A DNA stretch of 64,000 bases, taken from assembly GCF_009914755.1 (NCBI RefSeq), contig NC_060928.1, one strand, 5' to 3'. Shown piece after piece: positions 30,069 through 46,896 of this stretch; positions within the stretch are counted from its first letter, which is position 1, and each line of letters starts with the position of its first letter. The position numbers were made by a program, and so were the translations under genes. The notes beneath the pieces were generated by a model. The model saw nothing but the letters and a program-made list of their open reading frames with translations. It searched no databases and was not told the DNA's origin. The DNA comes from the human T2T-CHM13v2.0 reference genome, Homo sapiens.

Positions 30069-30861
30069 ATTAATTGACTTTTACTTTTATGGTCATTGCT
30101 GGACTCAAATCATGTAATAAGTTGTGCCTTACACACCAGCACATCAACAATGCACTGTCATTTAATTCATACATGGAAGTCAATTTTAATAGCACCACTA
30201 TCGTGCTATGTCCCCAATTTAATCTATTTAACAGGATACTATCTATGGGCTTTCATATATAAAAGTTATGAGTTTTAAGTATTCTAAGGAATATTATCAT
30301 TTGGTAAACTTTATTGTGTTACTTTGATAATATCAGACCATGGCATGTAATTTATTAAATATGGTATCTTACCAATGTGGAAAAATTCTCAAAAATTTTA
30401 AAGTATAATGAAGGAATAAAGTTAATACAAGAAGTCTTAGCTTGAAAATATTACAGATATGTTCTTAGGAAGAAGCACACCTATTTGGTTACAACAAATG
30501 GTCTAAACTGTCAATAATCATCATTGTCTAAAAAAAATCACAAAAATCACTGGTTACATAAAATTTGAGTACAGAAAATCCTATTGTTTAAAAATGCTAA
30601 TAAATACATCTACCAATGAATTGAGTTGAATTTGTTTCTGAACTACTATGAATTCTAGTTTCACAGATTTATGGTCTGAAATCATTTTATCTCATATTCA
30701 GATTTTAAAAAGCAATTTATTTTTCTCTTTGGATGAGACAAGTCTCCCATAACTTTAGCTGGTGAATTCAAATCTCAGCCCTTTAATAATCTGAATGATG
30801 TAACCAGCAGTTAGACATGGCTAATAAATTTCATTAGAAATGTTGCTTTAAATCTGTTAAA

Positions 30862-31330
30862 TATATACACTCATATGTTTACTGCAGCACTATTCACCAT
30901 GGCAAAGACATAGAACCAATCCAGATGCCCATCAGTGGTGGACTGCATAAAGAAAATGTGGCACATTTACGCCATGGAATACTATGCAGCCATAAAAAGA
31001 ATGAAATCATGTCTCTTGCAGCAACATGGATACAGCTGGAGGCCCTTATCCTAAGTGAATTAACACAGAAGCAGAAAAACAAATACTGCATATTCTCACT
31101 TATAAGTAGGAGCTAAATATTATGTACAGAGGGACACAAAGATGGAAATAAACACTGGAGATTGTTGAAGTGGGGGAGGGTGGTGGGAAGTAAAGTTTGA
31201 AAAACTACCTATGAAGTCCTTTGTTCACTACTTAGGTGATGGGAACTTTAGAAGCCCAAACCTCAGCAGCATGCAATACACCCATGTAACAAACCTTCAC
31301 AGGAAGCTCCTGAATCTAAAACAAAATTTT
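30862..31330 (+). mobile_element. L1 3' end (L1PB/L1PA-old-like)
   Basis: ORF2 C-terminal peptide KKNEIMSLAATWIQLEALILSELTQKQK plus L1 3'UTR. Confidence 0.88.
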
Positions 31331-32164
31331 ACAAAATGCAACATAAATGTGCAATGTAACATTTAAACTTTTTTTAAAAATCTACATAATTACTTTTTTT
31401 GAGCTGAGTCACAATGGCAGGCTGGAAGAATGTATGAATCACTGCTACTGTTCTTTCCTTTAAAGTGTATAAAGTATATATAGATACAGATATATCTGCT
31501 CTCTCCCCAGGGGAAATGAAATGGCTGCTCACTCAGATAGTGCAGAAAGATACAGGAACTGAAACCCAACATTGCCAGAGACCTCAAAGTAAAACAGTAT
31601 GGCAGACTACACCAGGATTTTGAACGAATTTCTTAAGTAAAAATAAAGTGAGCAAAAAGGAACACTGCCATCTAAAGTCCCGGGGTGGAAGTGCTGGGAT
31701 GAGAACACAGGGAAGGTCCGTATTAATGTCCCCTTCCCCCTGAACTGACTTAGGAAGCAGCCACATTGGGTATAGCACCACATATGAAAGGCCAATATGT
31801 TAAGGGAAAATTAAAAATTATCTGAGTGCCTATTTTTAATATAAAAACCTGAAATAGCTTCTCTCCAAACCTAGGCCTCAGAAACTGGACTTGTTACACT
31901 TTGTGTCATGCTTGTTGCCAGTTTAGTGTCATAGCATAGATGCTCAGTAGATGTAAATTGAATAGAATTGAATTCAGTCAACAAAATATGACTTATTACA
32001 AAAGCAGCCAGGAAAAGTAAATAGAGGCTTCTCTAACACCTAATTAAGTTGTAATATTTATTTTTGGAGCCACTAAAATCTAATAAATTATAGACAATAA
32101 GAGTTTGATATTTCTTAACTCCTTGGACATCCATCTCCTGCCTCCACAAAAAGAAAATCTCTTC

Positions 32165-32355
32165 AACCGGGGGTCAGTAAACTAACACCCAATTCTGTTC
32201 ACTGAATATTTTTAATCAATAAAGTCTTATGGGAACACAGTCTCACCCACTGGTTTATGTATTGTTTAGAGCTGTGTTTGCAGAGTAACAGCAGAGTTGA
32301 GTAGTTGCTGCAGAGACCATCTGGCTGCAGAAACTAAAACATTTACTATCTGGTA
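32165..32355. mobile_element. MER58-like hAT-Charlie MITE
   Basis: ggggtcagtaaacta...ttgagtagttgctgcagagaccatctggc...aaaacatttactatctgg. Confidence 0.7.
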
Positions 32356-33613
32356 AATGATTCAATTCAATATTTACAATCTGACCCTTTCAGAAAATGG
32401 TCATAGATCTCTGTCTTAAAGTACACACGTGATTCTGAGTTAAAGACAATGTATGAATATTATTGACAATAATAAAAACAAATTTTACAAAATAAATCAC
32501 TCTAACCTCTGCAATTAACAATAAAACTGAAGTAAAAGTACACAGAGAAACACACAATAAAAACGAAAACCCCACTTGGCCTGGCATTAATTCCTGTTGC
32601 TTCCATGAACAAAATGTCTTATTTGAAAAAAAAAAAAAAAAACTGCAGGTAATGCTATCAGATAAATTCATCACTAAAAAAAGATTGTGTCAAATGCTCT
32701 ACAGGCACCAAAAAGATTTTGCAGCTCTGATTTTTTCATTGACATTGAAAAAGTAATTTATTCATAAACTGCTTTAAACAGAGACCTTGCTGGTTACTGA
32801 GTTCAAAGTGACCTGACCAGTTTACTATCGTCCAGCTTCTTATGTCTCATAAAGTCCTTTTTAAAAATTTCTGCTAAAACTACTACCTGAAGCACCACTA
32901 ACAACATCATTTTCTCATAAAATTAAGGTTATTTCCCATAGGGAAAATAAAAAACTTGGTTCATTTTTCATTCCCATTTCACATGATTTATTTTTATATA
33001 TTTTTAGCATTTTGAAATTTTTCCAAATTATCTGGCTCAAGTTGGACCTCAAGAGTCTTTTCAAATCATGTTGAGATTGTTCTAAATAAATTTAAAAGCT
33101 AAATATCAACTTCAAATATCTACTAGAAATAAAAAATAATGTGATCGTGCCATTAAAGAAAGAATTAAATAATTCCTAAATTGATATACTTCACACAAAT
33201 CACAATCGCTGAATTATAAATGGAAACAGCAATGAAAACATAAATATGCCTTTCCATCCGAATAATTGTGTAGAGAAATTGATTTCAATAATGTAATAAA
33301 ATTGCATGGCAAAATATTCGTAATTTTGGTACATTTTTACCTGATGGGAAGTTGGGGCTTGGGAACTGAATGATTCTATAAAATTATTGGTGATCCACAT
33401 TGGTATCTGTCACCTAGTGACAGCTACATACAAGCTGAATTCACAGATTTTACTGGCATTTTAGTATTTTACCAGTCTGCTTGCAATCCAGTCAGCATAT
33501 GTTGAGACTTTTACCATTTATGACTGAATAAACTCTTACTTTTACATTATTTCTAGCTATCTGTGAATAGCAGACCACATAACGCTATGCAGCAAATTAA
33601 ATTTTAGATTTTG

Positions 33614-33638
33614 GTGTGTGTGTGTGTGTGTGTGTGTG
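33614..33638. repeat. (TG)n microsatellite
   Basis: Direct inspection. Confidence 0.9.
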
Positions 33639-34524
33639 CTTCACATCTCTTGCTTTAATGTTTGAGTTTTAAGAAAAGTAGGGGTTTTTTTTGGGTCTTA
33701 CATATCTTAAAATGGTCTTTAGTGCTCCCTGCCCCCATCCTTTGCCAAGGTTTCCTGGCACTGGTAGAATCATATTTTTTTCTTCATAAGTTTTTTTTTA
33801 AACTCATCACTAAAAAAAAAAAAAAAATCTTTGTGAGGGCCATAGTGTTATGCAACGCTGGAAATTATTAAACTCTTTCACTCAATAGTCATTTCATTCC
33901 TGCACAGTTTCTTGGTTTTTGCTATATGCAAAGAAAATCAGACATCTCAGTGTCTTTCATATCTTCTTCCTTTTCATCCCCACAGCAATTTCTCTAGTGG
34001 TTTTGAATTGTCAACAGATACACAAAGTATCTTTAAGACTGTGTTCCTTCCATCAGGAAATCATTCTTAAGATATGCAGTTATTTAGATCCTCTTAATAT
34101 ACTGCCACTCTTCAAGAACTCTATCACCAATCATATAAACCCAAATTGCTTCACCTTCTTTTCATATGAGCTTGTACAATTTGAGTTTACCTTACCTATT
34201 CAGGCATATTTTCCACGAATCTCTGACATACAACCACAGTGGCATCGTACAGAGTTTAACAGCTAATAAGCTGTGGGTTTTGCCACAAATAAGTTATTGC
34301 TGTGCCAAGATCTTGATTCCTGTTAGCTTAGAGGGCAGTTTTGAGGTCTTGGGTGTGTTGTCCATTCACCCTGGTTGACTCACAAATGTTATCATGTTCT
34401 GCGTGTTGTAAAAAATGTTGGGAAACACTGGTGTGGCTATTGAAAATACAATCAGCATTATATTTGTAGTTCCGCCCATCTATACGTGTTAAATTACTTA
34501 ATCTCTGTGTTTCAGGTTCATCAT

Positions 34525-34708
34525 CAGTAAAATGGGAGAATAGTGGTGATAGACTATTAGGAAGAATTAAAGTAAGTGATCAATTAAGTGACAATAATTA
34601 TTAATAATCAATTATTTCATATGATTATTAATTAATTATTGTCACTTAATTGATCACTTAATTTAATCCTTATTAACAGTCTATGACCACTATTGTCCCA
34701 TTTTACTG
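34525..34708. repeat. Long inverted repeat (arms about 86 bp, 11-nt spacer) derived from a MIR
   Basis: Left arm 34525-34610 and right arm 34622-34708 are reverse complements with about 7 mismatches and 1 indel (counted by eye). Confidence 0.92.
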
Positions 34709-37419
34709 CATAACAGTCTACTAAAAGTAGTATTTATTAAAATTAATGGTCAGATGATTATTTCCTGAGTGTATTGCATTCTCTATATTAAAGTCTGTCT
34801 TTGAGAATTTCCTCAAGTATGTTCTTCATACCTTTGACACCTTCCCTCTTTTAATAATGCCTCATCTAAATTAAGACTCATCTAAATTTCAGACTCACAT
34901 CCCTAATTAAACAGCCCCTAGTTTTTCCTTCCCTACAATGCTCTCTCCTATTTTTTGAGCTGTCATTGCTCTTAAAGCCTATACCACACAGATACAGTCT
35001 CTGCTGTTTGTTAACTGTTTCATTTACACAAGTTCTGGAATTATGAGCTGAATAAATTCATGTTTAATAATTTTATGGGGGCAGGATCTTTTTGTGGATT
35101 TGTATTGATATTCAGAGTAATTTAAGTTATGAGAATGTTAAGAAGTCAGGCTAAAGATGGCAAAGCACTAGACCATAATGGACTGGCTTTCATTAAGCTT
35201 CTATTTAAACATTTACAGAGCACAGACCAAAAAAAGCCAGCTTAGTCAGATCATATGGCAATTCTCAGAAGTTGTTACCAATGACCAGTGTTTTGTTTAT
35301 GTTTCGGGAAAATTCACTTACAGTGAAAGTGAGAAATTGTGATCCTTTTATATACCATGAACTCTTTAATTTGCATTTGAGGAACTGAATTGAGGTGTAA
35401 CAATTTTATACCCTATCTGAGCAGCAGAGGAAGTCAAGCAAACTGATCTGCAGTGGAAAGGAGAAGTAACATACTTCATAAATAGAGAACAAGATGGACA
35501 GTAGTTAATATCATTCAGACTAACAGCTGTTTGCAGCTACTCTTATTGACATGGAGACAGCAAGCAATTTTGGACTGTAAACAAAAAGGCATTATAAGCC
35601 AGATTTCTAAGGTTTCCTTAACAGAAACGAAGATAAATATCCTAAGCCATCATTCAGCCTGAGATTTAAAATACCTTGAAAACTCAAGTTCAAAATACAA
35701 TCATGACATAAGAATAAAAATATTTTACCAACAGATAATACCATTTTTGTAATCATAAGTTTTGTCATTCTGAATATGTACTCTTTTTTACATGTGCAGA
35801 CGAGTGACAGTTCTTCATACATATGTGATTTTTTAAAAGTGTTTTGTTTTCTCAAAGGAATATTTTCAACTCAAAAAAGCTGCTACATAGCATGACTTCC
35901 TGAGTTTAATTTCATGCCCTAATTTGTCACCACTGACTTGGTCAAAACCTCAGACCATCTGCACAGAGCTGTAGGGAATGATCAACAACAAAGACAATGA
36001 CATGGCAATGTCCCTGGCTTTCCTAACTCTATTCCTGGAGCTGATCCAAGAGTCGCAAGTAATCAGCCACATTTTTTTTTTTTTCACCACCAGACATCAC
36101 ACTGATGGAAAACAGTGGAGAAGAAGATAATGATCACCTTGCTTGGTCAATAATGAAAGCAGAGGAGGCCAAGTCTTATTTGAATTCACAGACATTGAAT
36201 TCTGCAATGGATTGGGAAGATTCTATTGGAATTGCTTCTCTTGGGTGTCTCATCCCCTCTGGAGATGGTTCGATGCCATTGATACTAGGACTTTAAATTC
36301 TGCTTGGGACTGAGGATTCCCACTGAGATTCTATTATCATCTAGCCTAGTGGTTCAGTCTCATAGTGGGCCGGAGCCTCTTTGAAGACTATCTGAGAGGT
36401 CTCCATGGGCTCTTGAAACACATTAAGATTCCCCCATTCCCTCTATTGATGTGTGTAGCCCCTAGGAGTCCCAGTCAGTATATCTAGCAATCTTAAGATC
36501 AGCTCAGACTGTCCAAATCCTCCAAATCAGGAGAAATCAAAAGCTGGATTGCATCTTTTAGGATAATCCCTTCCCTGTTAACCATCGCTTTACTGCCCTC
36601 TCTATACTCATTGGTTAGCTCAGAGGACCATGTATTTCTGCATAAAGGAAATGAGTTCCCCAGTGCCATTTATCTTTCCAGATCCTACCTTACAATTTTG
36701 ATGACTTGTGGATAAGTAAATAGATAATATATATTGAACGAATATCCGAAGGTTATGATTTTCTCTACATTTGCATATGTCATAAATATTCATTTTATAT
36801 CAGCTTTGAGGTCTTTTTGGGTGCATTTGTAAGACTGACAAAATTAAACTAGAGATATTTCTAAGCAAATGTGCTTACAGTTATTAGGCTAAATTTTTGT
36901 TAGCTGCATACATTGAAGTAAAAAGGCAAAACAAAGGGACAGATAATAAAAACTCATTTGGCTTTAATATGTAGCTATAATCAAAGAAATATATATGGTC
37001 AGATACAGGAGAAGGCTTTTGTATATACATAATAACAGCTATCAGAAAAATTATGCAGTTATAACCTTTTAGCCTTTTTCATTTCTGCATGTGGCAGAAA
37101 TTCTTAATTCAAACTGATTTTCTGATCTTTTTTTTGTGATGGCTAGGTGTTTGAATTTTTCTAAGCTCATCCTCAACCATGACTTCCTTCCAATTTTGTC
37201 CACTCATTAATCTTATCTGGCTGAGCATTACATCAAAGAAAGTCTCAAGTTGCCATGGATAATTGACAAAGCAGGCACTTTATTTACAGATAACCAAAAA
37301 TGCATTGAATTAGAAATACGCCTTTGCATATGAATTCTTCTACAAAGGCAAGTAAGTACAAAATACTGATGTTTTACAGCAGTTCCAACCACATTGAGTG
37401 AAGAATGATCAACTTTTAT

Positions 37420-37860
37420 TCATTTATTCACTCATTCATTCATTCATTCAGTCAACAAGTAATTTGTTGCTTATGTATATATGCAAGGTTTTATAAGGTC
37501 CTATGGTAAATATAAAGATGAATTAGTCTCAGTCTTTTTCCTTTAAGAAGTTTATATTGACAGTTTATGCATCAGACAACTGCAAAATTAGACAGGATAC
37601 ATTTAAAATGGGATGTGTGCCATGTCAAGTGCTGTTGTATGCAAAGGAGTGAAAGATCATCTCAGATTGGGGACCGGGGGAGGGTAGAAAGTTTAATGGA
37701 AGATGTGGCATGGGAATTGGAATTGAAGCTGGGGTAGAATTATGGCAGATGGAGAAGGATGTTGGTAGAATATACTAGGCATAGAAGATGTTTTCAGTCA
37801 ATGCTTAGAAGTAGGATTGACTGGGTAATTTGGTAACATTATGTGGCCAAGTATGAAAAG
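37420..37860 (-). mobile_element. L2 3' end with (CATT)n
   Basis: cattcattcattcagtcaacaagtaatttgttg is a typical L2 terminus. Confidence 0.65.
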
Positions 37861-38144
37861 AGCATGAAAGTTCTTACTCCAACTAAATACAATATTTAGT
37901 ATATATTTAGTATATTTATTTAGTATATACAATAATACCACATTATTATTATATGATATAATAATACAATTAATTACTTTAGTAGGGAGATATCATGCTG
38001 AAAAATAAAGATTACACAGAGCCTGGTATTTCCCTCAACCAGTGCCAATACACACACACACACAAACACACACACAAACTAACTTTAATTGTATTTAGTT
38101 GAGTAGGAACCCACTACATAATTTAAATAAAAAATTAAGATTAC

Positions 38145-39340
<1,196 letters not shown>

Positions 39341-39662
39341 TAAACTATTTGCCCATAAAAAAAGTAAGATTATTAGAAGGATTAATTTGGCATATTAGAT
39401 AAGAAAGAAAAGGGAGAACAGGGAGAGCCTATCACAATAGTCAAAGTCAATAACAATGAGAACAAAAGCTAGTGTCATAGTGTGAGAATGAAATGGAAAA
39501 AGAGAACAGATATTTTATAAACTTAGAGTTGGTAGAATTTAGGCATCAGTTTGGGAAAAGGAAAGGGAATGAGTTATGGAGGAAGAGAGCAAAGGATGGA
39601 CCAAGCTGACTTTAAGCTTTCAATTAAGCTCCTGGAGGATAGACGCTCAAGAGTCATCTATT

Positions 39663-39962
<300 letters not shown>

Positions 39963-40209
39963 GAATCATCTATTTACAGGACCTCTGAGCATTTGTTTGT
40001 CCCCACAATTACCACTTGAAAACAATAATGCTTATAATTTGATTTTTGACTTAGTTACTCAGTATGGAGACAGTAGTCTTGAAAAGGATAAGGAAGTAGT
40101 CCAAACTTTCTCAGAGCTGCTACTCTGTTGGGTTTGAGATAGTTCAATGAATAATCATATTTAAAAGGTATTTTTCAAAATAGCAGTAAAATTACAAACA
40201 TACAATTTG

Positions 40210-40656
<447 letters not shown>

Positions 40657-41769
40657 CTTTCCCAATTATTTACCTCTCAAATAGGACAAAATATAATTTT
40701 CTGGAACAAAATGAAAATGCCATACAAAAATAAAATTACAAAAGCTTATTTATTCAGAATCCTGACAGAATGGAATTTCTAGTTAGGCAAAACCACTAAG
40801 ACTTTTTTCTGATACCTTCCATTCTCCAAAAGCTGTGTATGAAGTTTAAACTCTGTCATTGAGAGATATAACTCAAAACACAGTAAAATCTTAATTTAAA
40901 AATTACATTCATGGAAAAAGGTTATAAGGAAACATGAAAATCTAAATAGTGATTATTCAGTTGTTTATATTAAAATGTTTTCTCTATTTTTAAATTTTAT
41001 TTCTAGTAACTACAAACTACTGTAATAATCAATAAAAATATTAAAATACAAAGATTATATTTTTCTAATTCTACTTCACTTTTTTTCTCATTCTTTAGTT
41101 AATTAATAGATTCATGAATAAATTTGATAGATTTATATATCTGAACAATTTGGAAACATGCCATGAGTTATCAGTAGATACTGAGTTGTGTCTAGTTCCC
41201 TTCCTGTCCAGCTTCAGGAGCAACTTTTGTAGCATTTTGTTTCCATAGTAAGCAAAAGACTTCTACATACTGTCATTCATATTTTTACAGAAATATAAAC
41301 TTGCAGGTGCCAACCCTATGATTAATTTTATATCCCAATACACTTAGTCATTGCAAGGACAGAAAAGTATTGTCTGCTCCCCTCCTCCTTCAGATACACC
41401 AATATTCTAGGAATATATTGTATTATCTGAATTTTAAGTACATAAAACATGTTTCATGTCAGCTATGGTATACATCTATACTCTATGCAAGTGTGTGTAT
41501 TTAGACATTCTATTTAGGTATGTGAGATTCTGCTGCACTTTCCCAGAAGATAAAACTACTTTACCCTGTCATCTGCCATTGAAAGGGGGTGTCTTCAACC
41601 GCATCATTTGCATTTTCAGATCCCTGCATTTGTAGGTTTGTTTGACTTTTCTCAACACTCATCACTGTCTGTTGAGCCTTTTGCAATGCCTGTCCTTCAT
41701 TTTGTCTCCTTGTCCTTTCAGGATCTTTTGACCTTTATCCTTCTTGGTCAAAATTTTTCATTATGAAGT

Positions 41770-42790
41770 ACAGTCACGCCATGCGTCCCTTAATGACAGG
41801 GATACGTTCTGAGAAATGCCTTGTTAGAAATTCCATCATTGTGTGAACATCACAGAGTGAACATACACAAGCCTGATGGTGTAGCCTACTCCACACCTAG
41901 TCTGTATGGTAGAGCCTGTTGGTCCCAAGCTACAAACCTGTACAACATGTTACTGTACTGAATACTGTGGACAGTTGTAACACAACGATAAGTATTTGAG
42001 CAACTAAACATAGAAAAGGTACAGTAATGATATGTCTAAAAAGCAGTACACCTGTATAGTGCACTTACCATGAATGGAGCTTACAGAACTGGAAGTTGTT
42101 CTGGATGAGTCAGTGAGTGATGGGTGAGTAAACGTGAAGGCCTAGGACCTTACTATACACTACTTTAGACTTTATAAATACTGTACACTTGGATACACTC
42201 AATTTATAAAAAATATTTTTCTTCTTTCAGTAATAAGTTCACCTTAGCTTACTTTAACTTTTATTTTATAAACTTTTTAATGTTTTTAAACTTTTCGACT
42301 CTTTTGTCGTAACAGCTTAAAACAGAAATAAATTGTTCGGCTGTTTAAAAGATTTACTTTCTTTCTATTCTTATTTTATAAGCTTTTTCTATTTAAAAAA
42401 TTTTTGGCTGGGCGTGGTGACTCATGCCTGTAATCCCAGCACTTTGGGAGGCCAAGGCAGGCGGATCGCCTAAGGTCAGGAGTTCAAGCCAGCCTGGCCA
42501 ACATGACGAAACCCCGTCTCTACTACAAATACAAGAAATTAGCTGGGCGTGGTGGCGGGCGCCTGTAATCCCAGCTACTTGGGAGGCTGAGACAGGGAGA
42601 ATCACTTGAACCCAGGAGGTGGAGGTTGCAGTGAGCCAAGACTGTGCCACTGCACTCCAGCCTGGGCGACAGAGTGAGACTCCATCTCAAAAAAATTATA
42701 TATATATATATATGTTTTATTTTACTTTTTAAACATTTAAAATTAAGAACAAAGACAAAAACATACACATTAGCTTATGCCTACACATAT
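41770..42790. mobile_element. Tigger3/Golem (MER7-like) DNA transposon, interrupted by an Alu
   Basis: TAcagtc...ggatacgttctgagaaatgc start and tagcctactccacacctag / acacattagc motifs. Confidence 0.82.
42406..42695 (+). mobile_element. AluS (Sx/Sq-like)
   Basis: GGCTGGGCGTGGTGACTCATGCCTGTAATCCC...gagactccatctcaaaaaaa. Confidence 0.96.
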
Positions 42791-43048
42791 ATACAGTCTG
42801 TCCTTGATCAAAACACACATACACACACACACACAATATACACACAAGCAAACACGTATGTGCATATTTAATTTTTTTAACAGAAGCTCAGCAAATACAA
42901 ATGCTCACCTCCTTTATTTTGCTTTGTGTTTTTGCTGTCCTTTCACAGATTTGTTAGGTTCCTTTTCCCTAAAGCCCTATACCTATCCCCATGCACAGTG
43001 AACACACTCTATTGCAATTTATTGTTTTATTATCTGTATTCTCTACTT

Positions 43049-43237
43049 CAGTGGTTTCCAAACTTTACCATGCATCAGACTCGCATGGAGGGTCAGTTAA
43101 AACCTAGATGGCTAGGTCCCACTCCCAGCGTTTCTGATTCCATAGGTCTGGATTGGGGCCTCATAATTTGCATGTTTAAAAACTTCCGAGGTGATTTTGA
43201 TGCTACTAGTCCAGGGACTCTACTTAGAGAACCATGG
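43049..43237. mobile_element. MER5A
   Basis: cagtggtttccaaactt...gtttctgattccataggtctgg...gagaaccatgg. Confidence 0.8.
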
Positions 43238-43509
43238 ATTTAGGGCTTCCCCCGCAAAGGGTCATTTGCAAATGAATTGCAATTTTCCATACCAATGAGA
43301 AATTTGAGGTCACTCCAAGATGAAGGCTGTTGAAAGCTACTGTATTTTCTATTTCCATCAGTAAGTGTGTCAAGTTTGAGGACCAATGTCCTATATTTTA
43401 GATGGCTTCAGGAGCTGAAGGAAAATAAATTTGTACCAGTTGCTAGCCCCCAGGCTTCTTTTCTGGTGTGTCTAAATTATAAGAGATACACTCAAGTAGA
43501 CCTCCTGTT

Positions 43510-43645
43510 CCATATATATTTTTGCTGTATTTATACGCACACACATATATCTATTTATATACACACATATATAAATTTATATACATATATAAATTTATAC
43601 ACACATATTTTGTATACATATACACTACACACACACACATATATC
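43510..43645. repeat. (TA)/(CA) low-complexity tract
   Basis: Direct inspection. Confidence 0.8.
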
Positions 43646-43686
43646 TTCTGGGCATCAATTTGTTCACCTCAGATTAGGCTAAAAAT

Positions 43687-43853
43687 CAGTGGTTCTCAGC
43701 TTTCGGTTGCTCATTAAATTATCTGGCATGCTTCTAATAATGTACCCATGCTGAAGCGCCACTTCCAAGCAATCTGGATGGAATCCTGGCAGCATTAAAA
43801 ACATAAAATTTTCCCAGGTGAGTGTAACATGAAGCCTAGGTTGGGAACCACTT
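43687..43853. mobile_element. MER5-like MITE
   Basis: cagtggttctcagc...ggttgggaaccact terminal inverted repeats. Confidence 0.7.
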
Positions 43854-46800
43854 GGTGAGACAATGTCTCAGGGCTTTTCTAGCTCTAACTGGTGGAGTTT
43901 TGAGACTGTGGAATGCTGATTGGAACAAAGAGTCCTCTGATGTGTGGAGCATTTTGACAGTCTATATGGCTTCTATTTCATTCTGGTTATGATTATTTTT
44001 TCCTTATTCCTTTTTTTCCTCCATTGTGACCCTCTTACTGTGTGGCAAAACATTTTAATTTGGTTACACCCCCAGAGAGTCATGATCTAATTTAGGTAAA
44101 AGAGTTTCTAAAATAAAGACATCAGAATTGTTAAAGTGGGCCTCAGAGGGTCCAAATAAGAACAAGCTGGTAAAAATCAGGCAGAACATGGAGAGGTTTT
44201 GATTAGCACTTGTTGGGTAACCTTCAGGGAAAGAAGGAAGTTCTCAGTTTAATGTCGATACTAAAATCCGTCGCCAAACACAGACACTTCTGAATTATGG
44301 CATCTTCAGTTCTGCATAAACCTGAAAGTGAATGAAGGAGAACTAACACGCTCCTGGAGTCCTTGTATCTGACAGAAGTGGGAAGGAAGATACTGTGCTG
44401 TGTTTAGGGCTGTCAGAGTGCTAAGAGCAAAAGAAAACTCGTTGAGGTTGCTGCAGGGGCATTTTAATTTCCGAACCAAATTAGATACTAGTATTTAAAT
44501 TTGCCTATTTAAATCCCAACTGCAGAAGATTTGAAATAAATATACAACTACTCTGCAATGGTTATAGGGAAGATGAGAACCTAACTGTGGTAATTAGAAA
44601 TGCAGAAAATCTTCAAGCTATATATAAATTCTCAGCTATATATCCTTATTTGGTAGGAACAAACACTGTACCCAGTATTCATGTTTATACACACAATGTT
44701 TATTTTCTGTTTGTATAAACATATAGGGAATCTAAATTTAATGCACACACAATAGTTTTAAAAATGAATTGTATGTGTGAGAAAAGAAAGAAAGTGTTGC
44801 TTTTTTTTTTTAAGACAGAGGAGGAATTTCATATTGCTAAACAGATATAAATTCATTAAAGGAAGCACATAGTTCAGTATAACTGCAATTCTGGACACAT
44901 ATTGTTCTTAAATTAAGAAGTAGATAAACTCTATCTAATTCATAATCCTTCCTCTTCAATATTTTGCACTTCTATATGATTGGATATTCAACAAACTAGA
45001 AATTACCAAGGAAAAGATAAATATAGCACAATATAGCCTCATAACACGTAAATATTGATCCATGTCTGAATGAGCATCATACTTCTATCTATTTTTGCTT
45101 GAAATTTTCTGAGATTAGAAAATTCCTGGTTGATATTCAAATCTACTTTAATTTTTTTTTAAGCAAGGAAATGTCTGTTTTTCTTTGTTTCTATCTAAAG
45201 GCACAACTTGTTAAATAATTGGCCTTCAGAATACATGCTATTTCTAAAAATTGAAGTGACTGTTTAGCTAAATTAGAAAGTAATTTATCAATCCAATTGG
45301 TTTCAGTCATGTAAGATAATTTGCCAGTCAAGATAATCAGTATTATTGATAATACTGTCATTTCATCCCTGGAAAGATTAGCTCCCAAACTGAAAACAAT
45401 CAGAAAAAAAAAACTGCTAAGAACAAGGCATATCTTTAAAATATATAAAGAAAAGATAAAATGCCATTTCTACAATTTTTTAAAATTATTTTTTATAAGG
45501 TGTGTGTGTGCGTCAGTGTCTTAATTCATTTTTATCCATTCAAAATACAAATTACTGAGCTAAAATGCTGTATAAAATAATACTAAACATTTATAATATA
45601 CAATGTGGTGTTATAAACATTTTACTTCTCTTTGTTGGAGAAATGCTTACTCTGTAAAGCACAGTACCATAGGGTATATCTGAATATTTACTGACAACTG
45701 CAGCGATTAAAATTATTCATATCAAGGAAATAAATTAGTTTGAAAACACTGAATTATGTTAGTAATGTATTCATTTGCAAAGCACATATCATTTTTCTCA
45801 TTTTATGATCCTATAAATAGAGAGCCATTTTACCTTTTTCAAGTCTGACCACTCCAAGTAGAGAGAAAAGTTGGAAGCAAGACCTCCTGACTGTATGTTG
45901 AGTAGTCCCAAGTAACTCAGCTTTGGCAGGTTATCAGCAAAGTTTACACCTATATTTCCTACCAACTCAGATTTTATTAAAATCAACAGGAGAATGGTTG
46001 GTCTTTGTTCTGACAAGACTTAGCAAAACAAAGGCAAAAACATAAGAGAATAAATCTGAACTTTCTTAAGAGTCTGTTACCTCTTAGAAATGAATGCTTC
46101 ATTAGGTTGGTTAGTGTAATCTTTCTCACCTGAATATTGAAGACTGAACAGCTTATCTTTTACTTGTAGAACAGACTTTGACAACAGAATGTCAGTCTCA
46201 TTTTTGTACAGAAAAAATAATAGGGAGAAGTAACAGAATAAGTAACAAAAGCTGAAAAAAAATCTATTACTGAGTGACTGTACATCTAGGACCAACAGGT
46301 AGAAAATATGAGTCTGACTGATTAAATATTGGATATTAAATATTAAATGTGACAAAGAACTTTCTCACAATTAGAGACTCTGAAAAGAATGAGGCTGCCC
46401 CAGGAAATACTATGTTCAAGGATGTGATAGATGATAACGTGTGCTACTGTTCCAAAGGTTTGCAGAGAGCCAATGGGCAAGTGACCTAGACAATGGGTGA
46501 CTCTATAAACTCAGGCTTCCCAATGACTAAATTGTCTGAAAGATTAAGGTAAAGGGAAGTGTAATTTTTTTTCTCTAAATAAATGTTGAGAGCAAAGCTA
46601 CTCACTAAAATATAATTTTACTCAAAAATCTTATTTATAATGCAAATTTTTCTTAGTTATTAAATTTCAGGTTCATCTGAAGATACACATACGAAACTGG
46701 GAAAACAGAAAATCTAAATGTTTTATGATACCACTCCCCTAGATTCACGTTCAGCTGCCTTGCTTGGTTGTATCCGCATTTGAGTGATGTACTGCAGAGG

Positions 46801-46896
46801 TAAATTATACTTCCTGCAGTCTGTGGCTTCCATAAACCCTTAGTTACCAACCTCGACAGGGCTTTCACCAATGCTTATCTATCTTACTATGTTTAG

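Noticed and set aside
36105-36296. 63-aa acidic ORF with ATG
   Set aside because: Short and unrecognised, with no splice or homology support.
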